The position numbers were made by a program, and so were the translations under genes. Shown piece by piece: positions 11,394 through 21,319 of a stretch of DNA of 64,000 bases (its first letter is position 1; each line of letters begins with the position of its first letter). The notes under the pieces were generated by a model, which saw nothing but the letters and a program-made list of their open reading frames with translations, was not told the DNA's origin and did no database searches. This DNA is from a virus. The stretch covers positions 24,339 to 88,338 of IMG/VR virus record IMGVR_UViG_3300020404_000180; one strand, written 5' to 3'.

Positions 11394-11401
11394 TATTTAT
11401 A
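11394..11401 (-). promoter_or_regulatory. T4-type late promoter TATAAATA
   Basis: Exact consensus 21 nt upstream of the ATG at 11372. Confidence 0.75.
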
Positions 11402-14400
11402 CCTTGACCTTTGTAGTTGTGAATCTACCAGTAAAGGATGTGGACGAGGTTGCTGCACTAGATTTTGTAAGCGTGATATTAACGTTAGTACCAGCAACAG
11501 CAATTGATGCATCAACTAGGTCGTTATCAGATGTTACTGAGTTTGTTACGGTGGCATGTGCAGTAGTTCCTGCTGCAGCACATATAGATGTAATCTCCAA
11601 CATATGAACTTTACCATCGTTACTTTCTATAGTTACTAATGTCTTCGCACCTTTGAATGTTGTCTTATTAAATTGTGTGATAGCAGTGTTAGCAGTAAAT
11701 GATGTTAACTGTCCACCCTCTACTCTACAGTCATCAAGTTCAACAAAATCAGCAGTAGAATCAAAGACTGTTAGGTAACTTTCTGTACCACCGTTCCATC
11801 CTCTGTTGATTTTCCATGCTGCCTGTGCACCGTTAGCATCCAAACTAACGAAAGGTTTGGAATCTAATTGAGTTACATAATCTTGCTGAATAACATCAAG
11901 TCTTGCAAATGGACTCTTAGTGCTTGAGAGTGCTGTAACTGGGAAAGTGACATCATTTGCAGGAGTAGCACCACCAAGTAAGTCACCACCAATTGTAATG
12001 ATTTCTCCAGTTTCATAGTTACTACCGCCAGTTGCGATGTTTATTTGGTCTATGTTTCCACTTCCATTAGTGGTGACATTGAATGTTGCTCCTGTACCTT
12101 CAAACTGACCAGTTGATACCACACCGTTATATGTTTGTGATACACCATAAGCACCAGTGCTTGATGTCTCAGTTCCAATCGTTGCTATTGTACCTTGTGT
12201 AGGAACTCCTCTTAGTCTTAGTCCGTTAGCAACTTCAAAGTCTTTCTTAGACCTAAAGGATGCTATGTTAGCACCTTGGAATGTAACTGAGAATGGGTTA
12301 CCAGCAGCGGTTCCGTTAAAGATTGCTGTGCCAGGTACGTCAAATTGTTTTGCATTCTTAAGAGTAAACTTATCTTTATCAAGTGATAAGCAATTAACAC
12401 CTTGAGCAAAGAACTCAAATGTATCTTCGTCAGCGTTTGGTGAAGACTCAGTTAATATGTAAGTATCTTGGTCAACGTCACGAACACCACCTAGAGATAC
12501 AAAGTCATTTCCATTGTATCCTTCAAACTGTTGTTGTGTGCTGTTGAATCTAATTGCACCCGCAAGTCTATCTACGGTGCTTGGTCTTTGGTTAGTTGTA
12601 CCAGATGGAATTATAAATGCACCTGTACTGTTAACCCAAACACTCTTTCCTCCTGCTGGTTTCAATACAAGACCTTGACCTTGGGTGTCAGTAACAGTAA
12701 CAGTGTTTCCAGAACCACCACCGATTGCTCCTGAGTCAAGTGTTATTGTATCACCAATGTAGTAGTTAGAACCTCTAGCAGATGCTGTTGGAACTACAGA
12801 TGTAATTGCACCTCCAGAAACTACAACTGTAAATGTTGCTCCAGTACCCTTTCCGTTTGATGTAGATGTTACGCTACTGTAACTACCGTTTGTATATCCA
12901 GACCCAGTTCCTGTAACTGTACATGTAACAACCTCACCAAATGATGATGTTCCACCTGTATCAGAGTTATTGATTGTGCTTCTTTGAATCTTTAATGCAC
13001 CATCAACTTCTAAGTTACCCTTAATATCAGTATCACCAGTTAAACTGTTTATACTAAACTGCTCTGTGGTTCCATCAGTTACTGAGAATAATATATCTGT
13101 ACCACCTTTTAGAACAAGATTACCAGTTCCTTTTGGTGTAAAAGTAATATCAATGTTTTGGTCAGCACCTACAGCACTAATTTCAGTAGCATTGTTTATT
13201 GATAAGGCAGATTGTACAGTACCTATAACTGTTGTTTCTGTAGCAGGGTCAACCTTAAAGTAAGGATTTGTTGCACCTAGTAATGAATCTACAGTTAAAG
13301 GTGTAGCAGTATCAATAACTGCACCTAATCTAATTTTTTGTACACCCGCTACAGAGAAACTAAATTCGTTAGCAGCAGACCTGTAGAAACCAGTTGTATC
13401 TTCTGATGCTAGAACAAGAGTTGGTGCAGCAGCTGTACCACTCTGTAATTTTACCTTAGCATTGTCAACAAAGTTAGTTGCACCATTTGCAGTCAAGTCA
13501 CCGTTAAGAGTTGTCAATCCTCCTACAGTTAATGTTGTACTGAAACTTGCTCCTGCCTGTCCAGTCAAGTCTCCTCGTAATGTTGCAGTACCAGTTGTTA
13601 ATGTATCATTGGATAATGTACTTGTTGTTGATGCTCCAGAACCACAAGTTAGAATACCAGTTTCTGAGAATCCATATTCTGCAGATTTTAAAGAACCATC
13701 TGCAGCAATCGTTGTAACCTCAGAAGTATCAATGGTATTTGCTTTTAATGCAAAGTTACTACCATTATCACCTAAACCATTGAAGTTTGTGGTATCAAAT
13801 ACTATGTCTTGTCCTTGGAAGAATGCAGAACCACCAGATGATAATACTGCAGAGAATATATAACCTACCTTAGTAACAGTAAACTGGAATCCAGAACCTC
13901 CACCAGAACCTACGTCAGCATCATCAACAGTAAGAACGTCACCTACAGTATATCCACTACCTGATGATACAATGTCAGTTACTGAACTAATACTTGTATC
14001 GTTAGCACTTACAGTAAATGTAAATCCAGTTGTGTTTCCTATTAATGATGAGTTTCCAACTTTAACTACGTCTCCTGCCTTCCAACCAGTTCCTTGTCCA
14101 CCAGTTGAGAATGCAACAGCAGTAACTGCACCACCGCCACCAACAGTAACATCTATTTGTCCACCAACACCATATACACCAGCAGCACCAGTTGTAATTG
14201 TGATGTAGGAACTCTCAGACATAGACTGTCCGTGACTTGTACATGTATAGTAAACAGTGCCTGTGCTTGTAGGTGCGTTTTGTAGAACAACAAAGTCTAC
14301 AAATGCTCCTGCAGTACCTGGCGTTCCATATTCTCTGATAGCATAGTTTGCAGTATCTGCTAATGTAATAGCATCAAATGATATTGGGTGATTTGTATTA

Positions 14401-17400
14401 CTACTATCAGACATATCCATACGATATGTGTTACCCCTTACAAAGGTCAAAGCTGGTGCTTCTTGTGGACCTGATCCTGTGTCTATGAAATATCTGTATG
14501 TCTCAACGGGTGCTTGTACTAAACTTCCACTACCACCAGATGTAAAGTTGACTGTCTCACCCTGTTGGAAAGGTCCGTTTGCTAATGATGAGATAACATA
14601 GTATGCAAACTGTCCTGCACTATCGACATAAGATACAGTTGCAGTAGCACCTGATGTTGCACCAGTTGCTGTGTCGCCAACTGCAGCAGTTCCAGTTATT
14701 CCTCCAGTAGAATCAAATTCTAATAGTCCACGGTTTTGTACCGTTACTGGATATGTTGCTGCAGGAGAATTTGGGTATATGTCTATTTGTTGATATGTTC
14801 CTTCTGTACCACCTGTACCAGCAGTAGTGATTGTTCCAGATAATCCAGCAACTGTTAGAGTTGCAGTAGCACCCGTTCCTGTTCCGCCATTTAAAGTTAC
14901 GTTCTGATAAGTTCCAACTGCATATCCAGAACCACCAGATAAAATATTACCACCAAAAGGTAGGACAGTAATACTTGCCTGTGCTCCAGAACCAGAACCA
15001 CCATTGATTTGGACTGTTGGTGCGGTTGAATATCCTTCACCACCAGATGTCAATGTAATCTCTGATACCTGACCTAATTCTGTGTCTAGAGTTGCACTAG
15101 CAACTGCAGCGTTAGTATTTGCTCCAACAAAACTTACTTGAGGTGTCTGTGAATATCCATATCCTGCACCAGTTAATGTAACACTTGCAACAGCATAAGT
15201 CATGTTTGCAACTGTCGCAGCTGCTCCAGAACCATTAGGGTCGTTAGTGTTTGCAGTGATTACTAGTGATGGTGTGGTAGAAAATACCGCAGTACCAGTT
15301 GTTTGTATTGACCTTACTTCACTACCAAGGTTTACAGTAATTGATGCGTCTGTAATTCCAGCACCTGTCTCACTGATTGTAAGAGTTGGTGCAGCACCAG
15401 TTACATATCCAGAACCTCTGTTTGTAATAGTGATTGCACTAATGTAACCACTTGTCACTGTTGCTGTTGCGGTGGCAGTTATACCAACAAGGTTGTGTAT
15501 TTCATTTGGAGTTGCAGCAGCAGTTAATGATATTGGAGAACCACCAGATGTTGCTGATAACTGTAAAGTATTATTTGTTGTATCTCTGTTTACAATATAA
15601 TAAGTGTTACCATTAACAAGACCATTTAAGTCTGAGTTACCATTATTATCGTAAGTACATGCATCGCCATTTACAAAATCAGATTGAGTAAATGTGATTG
15701 TGTTTGCTGCTGTAGATATAGCAGAGTTAGCATCAAATGCTTTTGCTGGAGGTGCACTTAGAGTTAAGTTTGGTGAACTGTATCCAGAACCACCACTTAC
15801 TATAATAAGAGATGCAACTCTTGCACCTGTACCTAAACTAACAATGAAACTTACGTTACCTGTGACAGGAGTTATGTTAGTTGTGACGTCAGGTGTTTGG
15901 ATGTATAAACCATTACCTTCATTAGTAACATTAACTACACCAATAGAACCATTAGCTGCTAATGTAGCAGTCGCTGTTGCAACTTGGTCTGGGTTTGATA
16001 GTAAAGGAGCGTTGTATTGCCCTGCATCGTATGCTGTACCCTCATTAACAATAGTAAGTCCAGTTGTAAGGTTTAATGCCTTTTTGTTTATCGCAAAGTT
16101 TTTGTTGGAGAAAATACCATAAGAGGAGAAACCCGCTTGTGTATACGAACCAACTGTAAATGCACAAGATGAGTTACCTGTACCTAGAATAGATGCTAGT
16201 CTATTAGATGCAAAGTATATGTTCTCAGGTGCAACTACCTGACCATTAAGAGTAATATCCTCATCACCAGCTGGGTCAAGGATTATCTTACCAGAAGTAG
16301 ATGTTAAACTGTTACCAGCAAGACGTAAGTTACCTGTCTCAACGTATGCAGGATATATGTTTGTAGTACCTGTCTCATCACTTAATGTAATGTTTGCAGC
16401 TGACTGAGCTGATGATGTTGCTTGGAATTGAACATTACCAGTTTCTTGGTCTACTGTAAATGCATCACCTACACGGAAGTCACCGTCTTGGTCTGTAGAT
16501 GAATATAGAACTTTACCACTATTAAGTTCTTCTACCTCATTTGCTTGTACTGCTAGAGATGGGTCATTGGTAAAGTCAGGACCTGCTCCAACATAACCAA
16601 AGTTATGTGCAGTTAAAATTAGTTTTGTACCAGCACCGTCTGCCTGTACACCTTTATTACCGTATACACATGCAGATGCAACTGAACGCATCTCTGCACC
16701 AAATGCAGAATAATCTGCAGTGGTTACAACAGTAGCAGAGTCACCACCACTAGAACGGATGTCACTGGTTCCACCAGAACTATCTGTAAAAATTGTAGTA
16801 GCATCATTACCACCACCATGTAATAGTAATACAGTAAAGAGGTCTGATGTGAACTCACTAGTTGTAGGAGTAAAGTTACCAGAGTATGAACCTTGTGCTT
16901 TCTTGATTCTTACTTCATCAATATGACCGTTGAATGCTTCAGCAGGAGATGTTGTGTCATAGTTAGAACCAATGACAACAGGTTTTGTGTCACCGTAATT
17001 ATTTGTGTCAGTGTAACTAGAACCTAACTCTGTACCATCTAAGAATAATCTTGTAACACCATTACTTCTAGAAACAGCAACGTGATACCATGTATTAACA
17101 GATAATGTTCCACCATTGATTTGAGATGTATTTCCTACAGCATATCTTAGTGCTGTACCATCCATGTATACAGTTGGTGCTGTATCGGTAGCAGAAGCGT
17201 TTCTAAGGTCGAAGATACGCTGTGTACCTGTCACACTAGCAGGACGTATAAATGCCTCTAAAGTCCAGTTTGCAGTACCAAATCCAAAGTCTGCATTAGT
17301 AGGAACTTGTAAGTTATCCTGAGTACCGTCAAAGATGATAGATGAACCACTAAACTTGCTCTGTCCAGTATCAATCTGTGTGTCACCAAATCTACTTAAT

Positions 17401-18677
17401 GTCTTTGCTGGTTTAGTTGTGGATACAAACTCTCCAGTGCCCTTACCTGTAATATAAACGTATGTACCATCGTTAGATGCTACAACACCACGACCAACTG
17501 CTTTCTTGTAAGTTACGTTGCCCGCTGCAATAGTTCCTGATGAACTATCAGTATATGTAAATGTATTATTGTCTACCTTTGTAATCTGATAGAAGTTATC
17601 TGTAGCACCACCACTGATATGGTCTGCATAGATGTAATCGTTAGATACTAAACCATGTGCAGTACGAGTCAGTGTAACTGTTGTTCCTGCTCTTGCATAC
17701 GTTCCTGACTGGAAACCATCTTCTAACTGATATGTAACTTCATTAGTGGAGAATGTTCCACTAGTTCCACCTAGTTTTAATCTTGTTTGTCCTGTGCCAT
17801 ATTTACCTGTAGCACCTTGAACTGCCTGTACACCAATAGAAGCAAAGTAGTTGAAGCAGTTTAACCACTCAACTCTTATACCATTGGTCATGTATAATCC
17901 GACACTACCAGGTGTAATAAATGTACACTCGTTGAATAGTACGGATGCGTTTAATGAATTAGAGTCTACATTGGCACCATCTAGTTTTGCACCTCTACCA
18001 GCATCACCCTGCGAGAATCCATAAGGGTCACTACTAGAAACTACACTACCTTTTGTCGAGACTGTAACTCTTTCTACATATGGACTTGTAGTAGAGTCCA
18101 TTGATGAACCAATAACAAAACCGTATCCAGTGTCAGCACCACTAGCATACAAGAAATCCTTTAATGTAAAATCGGAGACATGGCAATCTCCATTTAATAC
18201 TATCGCATTATTACTCTGCGTAGCATTGGTTGGTTTTATAATTGTCGAACGTAAATTAGTACCACGAACGGTTACACCGTCAGGTATTGTAATTGGAAAT
18301 ACTTCTTGATATTCGCCAGGTGCAATGACTACAGTATCACCAGAACTACACTTAGTAAGTGCCTTTGTAATCGTTAGAAATGGTGTATCTGGATGTTTAC
18401 CATTATTACCACCATTACCTAGCAAGTCATTATCTGAACCTACCGTTGCAACATAAAATGTCTTACCCTGACCATTTGTAATGTCAGCATTAAGCATCGC
18501 AGTGGTGATTTCACCAACTGCGGGTTCAGCGTTAGCGACTTCAACAATATTTGAACCGTCTCTAACATATATTTTTTTGTCTGCGGTATTTACCGCAACT
18601 TCTCCATCAAGGAGTGTCGAAGTCGTCGGAGCTGCTGACGCTGTGCTCGACCTCTTCAGTTTGATTCTCGTTGCCAT
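11397..18677 (-). CDS. Tail fibre-like virion protein (2426 aa) with LamG/concanavalin A-like and cupredoxin-like domains
   Basis: N-terminal IKLKRS...GEVAVNTAD fibre-attachment motif. LamG-like WTLEAFIR...WYHVAVSR...FNGHIDEVRI near 16800-17400. Many GSGYxxxPxV/AxATA repeats. GAIRFN...FEGY and DVDQDTYI modules near the C-terminus. Confidence 0.8.
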   Translation of the reverse strand: MATRIKLKRSSTASAAPTTSTLLDGEVAVNTADKKIYVRDGSNIVEVANAEPAVGEITTAMLNADITNGQGKTFYVATVGSDNDLLGNGGNNGKHPDTPFLTITKALTKCSSGDTVVIAPGEYQEVFPITIPDGVTVRGTNLRSTIIKPTNATQSNNAIVLNGDCHVSDFTLKDFLYASGADTGYGFVIGSSMDSTTSPYVERVTVSTKGSVVSSSDPYGFSQGDAGRGAKLDGANVDSNSLNASVLFNECTFITPGSVGLYMTNGIRVEWLNCFNYFASIGVQAVQGATGKYGTGQTRLKLGGTSGTFSTNEVTYQLEDGFQSGTYARAGTTVTLTRTAHGLVSNDYIYADHISGGATDNFYQITKVDNNTFTYTDSSSGTIAAGNVTYKKAVGRGVVASNDGTYVYITGKGTGEFVSTTKPAKTLSRFGDTQIDTGQSKFSGSSIIFDGTQDNLQVPTNADFGFGTANWTLEAFIRPASVTGTQRIFDLRNASATDTAPTVYMDGTALRYAVGNTSQINGGTLSVNTWYHVAVSRSNGVTRLFLDGTELGSSYTDTNNYGDTKPVVIGSNYDTTSPAEAFNGHIDEVRIKKAQGSYSGNFTPTTSEFTSDLFTVLLLHGGGNDATTIFTDSSGGTSDIRSSGGDSATVVTTADYSAFGAEMRSVASACVYGNKGVQADGAGTKLILTAHNFGYVGAGPDFTNDPSLAVQANEVEELNSGKVLYSSTDQDGDFRVGDAFTVDQETGNVQFQATSSAQSAANITLSDETGTTNIYPAYVETGNLRLAGNSLTSTSGKIILDPAGDEDITLNGQVVAPENIYFASNRLASILGTGNSSCAFTVGSYTQAGFSSYGIFSNKNFAINKKALNLTTGLTIVNEGTAYDAGQYNAPLLSNPDQVATATATLAANGSIGVVNVTNEGNGLYIQTPDVTTNITPVTGNVSFIVSLGTGARVASLIIVSGGSGYSSPNLTLSAPPAKAFDANSAISTAANTITFTQSDFVNGDACTYDNNGNSDLNGLVNGNTYYIVNRDTTNNTLQLSATSGGSPISLTAAATPNEIHNLVGITATATATVTSGYISAITITNRGSGYVTGAAPTLTISETGAGITDASITVNLGSEVRSIQTTGTAVFSTTPSLVITANTNDPNGSGAAATVANMTYAVASVTLTGAGYGYSQTPQVSFVGANTNAAVASATLDTELGQVSEITLTSGGEGYSTAPTVQINGGSGSGAQASITVLPFGGNILSGGSGYAVGTYQNVTLNGGTGTGATATLTVAGLSGTITTAGTGGTEGTYQQIDIYPNSPAATYPVTVQNRGLLEFDSTGGITGTAAVGDTATGATSGATATVSYVDSAGQFAYYVISSLANGPFQQGETVNFTSGGSGSLVQAPVETYRYFIDTGSGPQEAPALTFVRGNTYRMDMSDSSNTNHPISFDAITLADTANYAIREYGTPGTAGAFVDFVVLQNAPTSTGTVYYTCTSHGQSMSESSYITITTGAAGVYGVGGQIDVTVGGGGAVTAVAFSTGGQGTGWKAGDVVKVGNSSLIGNTTGFTFTVSANDTSISSVTDIVSSGSGYTVGDVLTVDDADVGSGGGSGFQFTVTKVGYIFSAVLSSGGSAFFQGQDIVFDTTNFNGLGDNGSNFALKANTIDTSEVTTIAADGSLKSAEYGFSETGILTCGSGASTTSTLSNDTLTTGTATLRGDLTGQAGASFSTTLTVGGLTTLNGDLTANGATNFVDNAKVKLQSGTAAAPTLVLASEDTTGFYRSAANEFSFSVAGVQKIRLGAVIDTATPLTVDSLLGATNPYFKVDPATETTVIGTVQSALSINNATEISAVGADQNIDITFTPKGTGNLVLKGGTDILFSVTDGTTEQFSINSLTGDTDIKGNLEVDGALKIQRSTINNSDTGGTSSFGEVVTCTVTGTGSGYTNGSYSSVTSTSNGKGTGATFTVVVSGGAITSVVPTASARGSNYYIGDTITLDSGAIGGGSGNTVTVTDTQGQGLVLKPAGGKSVWVNSTGAFIIPSGTTNQRPSTVDRLAGAIRFNSTQQQFEGYNGNDFVSLGGVRDVDQDTYILTESSPNADEDTFEFFAQGVNCLSLDKDKFTLKNAKQFDVPGTAIFNGTAAGNPFSVTFQGANIASFRSKKDFEVANGLRLRGVPTQGTIATIGTETSSTGAYGVSQTYNGVVSTGQFEGTGATFNVTTNGSGNIDQINIATGGSNYETGEIITIGGDLLGGATPANDVTFPVTALSSTKSPFARLDVIQQDYVTQLDSKPFVSLDANGAQAAWKINRGWNGGTESYLTVFDSTADFVELDDCRVEGGQLTSFTANTAITQFNKTTFKGAKTLVTIESNDGKVHMLEITSICAAAGTTAHATVTNSVTSDNDLVDASIAVAGTNVNITLTKSSAATSSTSFTGRFTTTKVKV

Positions 18678-18822
18678 CTAAAGCAGTCTCATTAGGATTT
18701 TGTTCGGTTATAGTATTTAACTGTGCTTGCAAATCAGCGATTTGAGCTTCCAGCATCACATTTGTTAAAGTCAGGTCAGAGATTTTTTTCTGTAATGTGT
18801 TAATAACAATTTGTACGTTCAT
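18607..18822 (-). CDS. Small coiled-coil protein (possible fibre assembly chaperone)
   Basis: Heptad-like VINTLQKKISDLTLTNVMLEAQIADL, located between fibre genes. Confidence 0.6.
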   Translation of the reverse strand: MNVQIVINTLQKKISDLTLTNVMLEAQIADLQAQLNTITEQNPNETALDGNENQTEEVEHSVSSSDDFDTP

Positions 18823-18835
18823 GTTTAATTAAGGA

Positions 18836-20512
18836 TCAAAATGTTCCACCATCGAGGGTATTACTCCATACAGGTACGCCAGCCGCTGTGACTGTTAATA
18901 CTTGGAATGAAGTTGTAGCATCATCGCCTGTGCCAGGTGATGCCATGTTAGCAGCAGAGGTTACTTGTAATGCACCAGCGTTGTTTCCGTATACAATACC
19001 GTTTTGTACAAATTGACTTGCACCTGTACCACCGAATTGTACTTCTAAGTCAGTATCTAACTCAAGGTCACCTAGTACAACTGTACCACGGTTACCATTT
19101 ACTCCGAAAACTGTTCCTGTATCGGTTGCATCTTCAATGAATGTCCATGCACCGTTACCATCTGCACCTCCAGTTCTATCATAACCGAAGAATCCAAATT
19201 TAGCAGCAGCACCAGTGTAGTAGTGAACTTTAACACCACGGTCAAGTGCGTCGTTGCTTGATCTTGTTACGGTTAATTGAGTACCAGATGCAATGATTGC
19301 ATTAGTTGCTTGTGATAATGTAAGTGTCTTAGTACCAGTGTTGATACTTGAAATTGTTGTGCCACCAGCGATTCCAGATGCAGCAGTGATTGCGTCTCCT
19401 GCAGCAATTCCTGTAACCTTGTCAACAACGATTGTAGTTGAACCACTAGAAGTAGAACCATCAGATGATAATACTGTTGTTGGGTCTCCTAATTCGATTG
19501 TTGGGTCGTTAACAGACATTGATGCACTGTTAACAGTTGTGGTTGTACCATCAATTTGTAGATCACCTTTAATAATAACTAGACCTTCTGCGTCTCCCCC
19601 AGCTGGAAATGGGTCAATAATCATCTCTGTACCAGAGGTAGTAGAGATTACATTACCGTCCAGTTTCAAACTGTCGATTGTGAATTGTCCTGTTTGAGCA
19701 ATATCAGCATTGATATTGGTCGTTCCGTTGAATGTGACGCCATTAGAAAATACAGTGGTAGAGTTAACAGTCAGACTGTCGCCACCCGCATCACCAACTG
19801 TAGCATCTCCTTCAACGAGAAGAGACCCAACAGAAGCTTTGCCAGCGATACCCGCTCCACCAACGACTTGTAATGCCCCAGATGTGCTATTTGTTGAAGC
19901 AGTAGTATCGGAAATTTTAATGGAAACTCCATTATCGTACTCCCAATCTGCTCCATCTACTCTTACTTTGTCTAGAGTAGTTTCATCATAACGAATGCCA
20001 CCGTCTTTATTAGTACCGAAGTACAAACGCATGTCATCTTGGATACGTAAATCAGGAGAACCAGCTGCTCTCTTGATGTCCAATGCTGCATCACCGTCTG
20101 TAAAGACTAGTTCTACATCACCAGTTGTACCAAACTCAAGTTCTTGCCCGTCTTCTATGACGAGTTTTCCAGTGCCATTGGCACGGAAGATCAAGTCTGC
20201 GTCAGTGGTCGAGGTTGTTATGACATTTGCATTAAGAGTAATGTCGTCAACGTTCCACTGATCTATTTTTGAATTACTGTCAACTATGACAGATGAGTCA
20301 GCTGTAAGTGTCCCATGAACATGGTCTAGCATGTCCATAAAATATCTACCACCTACAACCTGTGCAGCACCGTTATTGTCCCCTATGAACAAACGGTCAC
20401 CACTATTTGCTTGCGTTCCGTTCGCACCAGTCGTAATGGCTAATTCACCAAAGGTAATTGTGCCTGGTGCAACAGAACCCGTACTCCTTTTAATTAGGAT
20501 ATTTGATGCCAT
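18836..20512 (-). CDS. Tail fibre/structural protein (558 aa)
   Basis: ILIKRS...GELA N-terminus, GDLQIDGTTTTVNS..M.V.DP.IELG module and LDGGTF C-terminus, all typical of cyanomyophage fibres. Confidence 0.75.
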   Translation of the reverse strand: MASNILIKRSTGSVAPGTITFGELAITTGANGTQANSGDRLFIGDNNGAAQVVGGRYFMDMLDHVHGTLTADSSVIVDSNSKIDQWNVDDITLNANVITTSTTDADLIFRANGTGKLVIEDGQELEFGTTGDVELVFTDGDAALDIKRAAGSPDLRIQDDMRLYFGTNKDGGIRYDETTLDKVRVDGADWEYDNGVSIKISDTTASTNSTSGALQVVGGAGIAGKASVGSLLVEGDATVGDAGGDSLTVNSTTVFSNGVTFNGTTNINADIAQTGQFTIDSLKLDGNVISTTSGTEMIIDPFPAGGDAEGLVIIKGDLQIDGTTTTVNSASMSVNDPTIELGDPTTVLSSDGSTSSGSTTIVVDKVTGIAAGDAITAASGIAGGTTISSINTGTKTLTLSQATNAIIASGTQLTVTRSSNDALDRGVKVHYYTGAAAKFGFFGYDRTGGADGNGAWTFIEDATDTGTVFGVNGNRGTVVLGDLELDTDLEVQFGGTGASQFVQNGIVYGNNAGALQVTSAANMASPGTGDDATTSFQVLTVTAAGVPVWSNTLDGGTF

Positions 20513-20733
20513 TAGAAGCTACCTCCATTAATTGTTACGTTGCTCAAAACGTTTGTTGCTACAAATTTTGTATTAGTCCCGTCATATACAAGAATAGATC
20601 CATTCGCTAATCCACCTTGCGATGTATCCGTCAAATCTACGTCTGACAGACCTCCTAGTGAACCACCACCGCCACCAGCAGCGACACGTGTAACTTTTGG
20701 AACCGATTGATCCCCGAATCTTAACCTTGCCAT
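20512..20733 (-). CDS. Small structural protein with an LxxLxDV repeat
   Basis: LGGLSDVD...GSILVYD...INGGSF. Overlaps both neighbours by 1 nt. Confidence 0.7.
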   Translation of the reverse strand: MARLRFGDQSVPKVTRVAAGGGGGSLGGLSDVDLTDTSQGGLANGSILVYDGTNTKFVATNVLSNVTINGGSF

Positions 20734-21071
20734 TAGAGTGTTACTCCTTCAAGTACGCTTACAGAACCTTCTAATACTCTGGTTTTTTGACCAGTAGTAG
20801 AAGTAATAACGACATCATATACATATCTCCCTGCCTTCATTGCAGTCGTAACAGAGTTACCAAGAGATAATTGGATTTGTCCAGAAGTAGCTGGTGACAA
20901 TATTGCACCTGTTACTGTTGTGGACGTACTACTTGTGTAGTGTTTTTTTATCTTACATGCAACTGTGTAACCAGACAGGTCAAACAACGTACCGTTATCA
21001 TTCTCGATTGTGAAATCGGTAACAAAATCAGCACCCTGATAAATTATTAAATTTGATATAGCAGATGCCAT
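20733..21071 (-). CDS. Virion structural protein (BppU N-terminal/Ig-like)
   Basis: QGADF...DLSGYT...G.IQLSL...AGRYVYDV...RVLEG pattern of conserved T4-like structural proteins. Confidence 0.7.
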   Translation of the reverse strand: MASAISNLIIYQGADFVTDFTIENDNGTLFDLSGYTVACKIKKHYTSSTSTTVTGAILSPATSGQIQLSLGNSVTTAMKAGRYVYDVVITSTTGQKTRVLEGSVSVLEGVTL

Positions 21072-21106
21072 AAGACAATAGTATTCCTATATTATTTAGC
21101 TTAGGA

Positions 21107-21319
21107 TTATTTATGGTCTTTGGACACTAACCCCCTTACTATTTCTTTAAGTTCATCAAGTTCTGCTTTCACTTCTTCTAACTCTCTATCCTTCTTCTTT
21201 GCAGCAGCACGTGCTTTCTTATACGCCTCATACCCAGTAGAGTCCGTATTCACTATCGCATTAGACTTTGGGTCTCTACCTAGAGTAGTATGACCCTCTA
21301 CAGGAATTAACTCCGTCAT
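21107..21319 (-). CDS. Conserved hypothetical protein
   Basis: VEGH..L.RD..S.AI.NTD...Y..Y followed by a coiled-coil tail, directly after the VrlC-like gene. Confidence 0.7.
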   Translation of the reverse strand: MTELIPVEGHTTLGRDPKSNAIVNTDSTGYEAYKKARAAAKKKDRELEEVKAELDELKEIVRGLVSKDHK

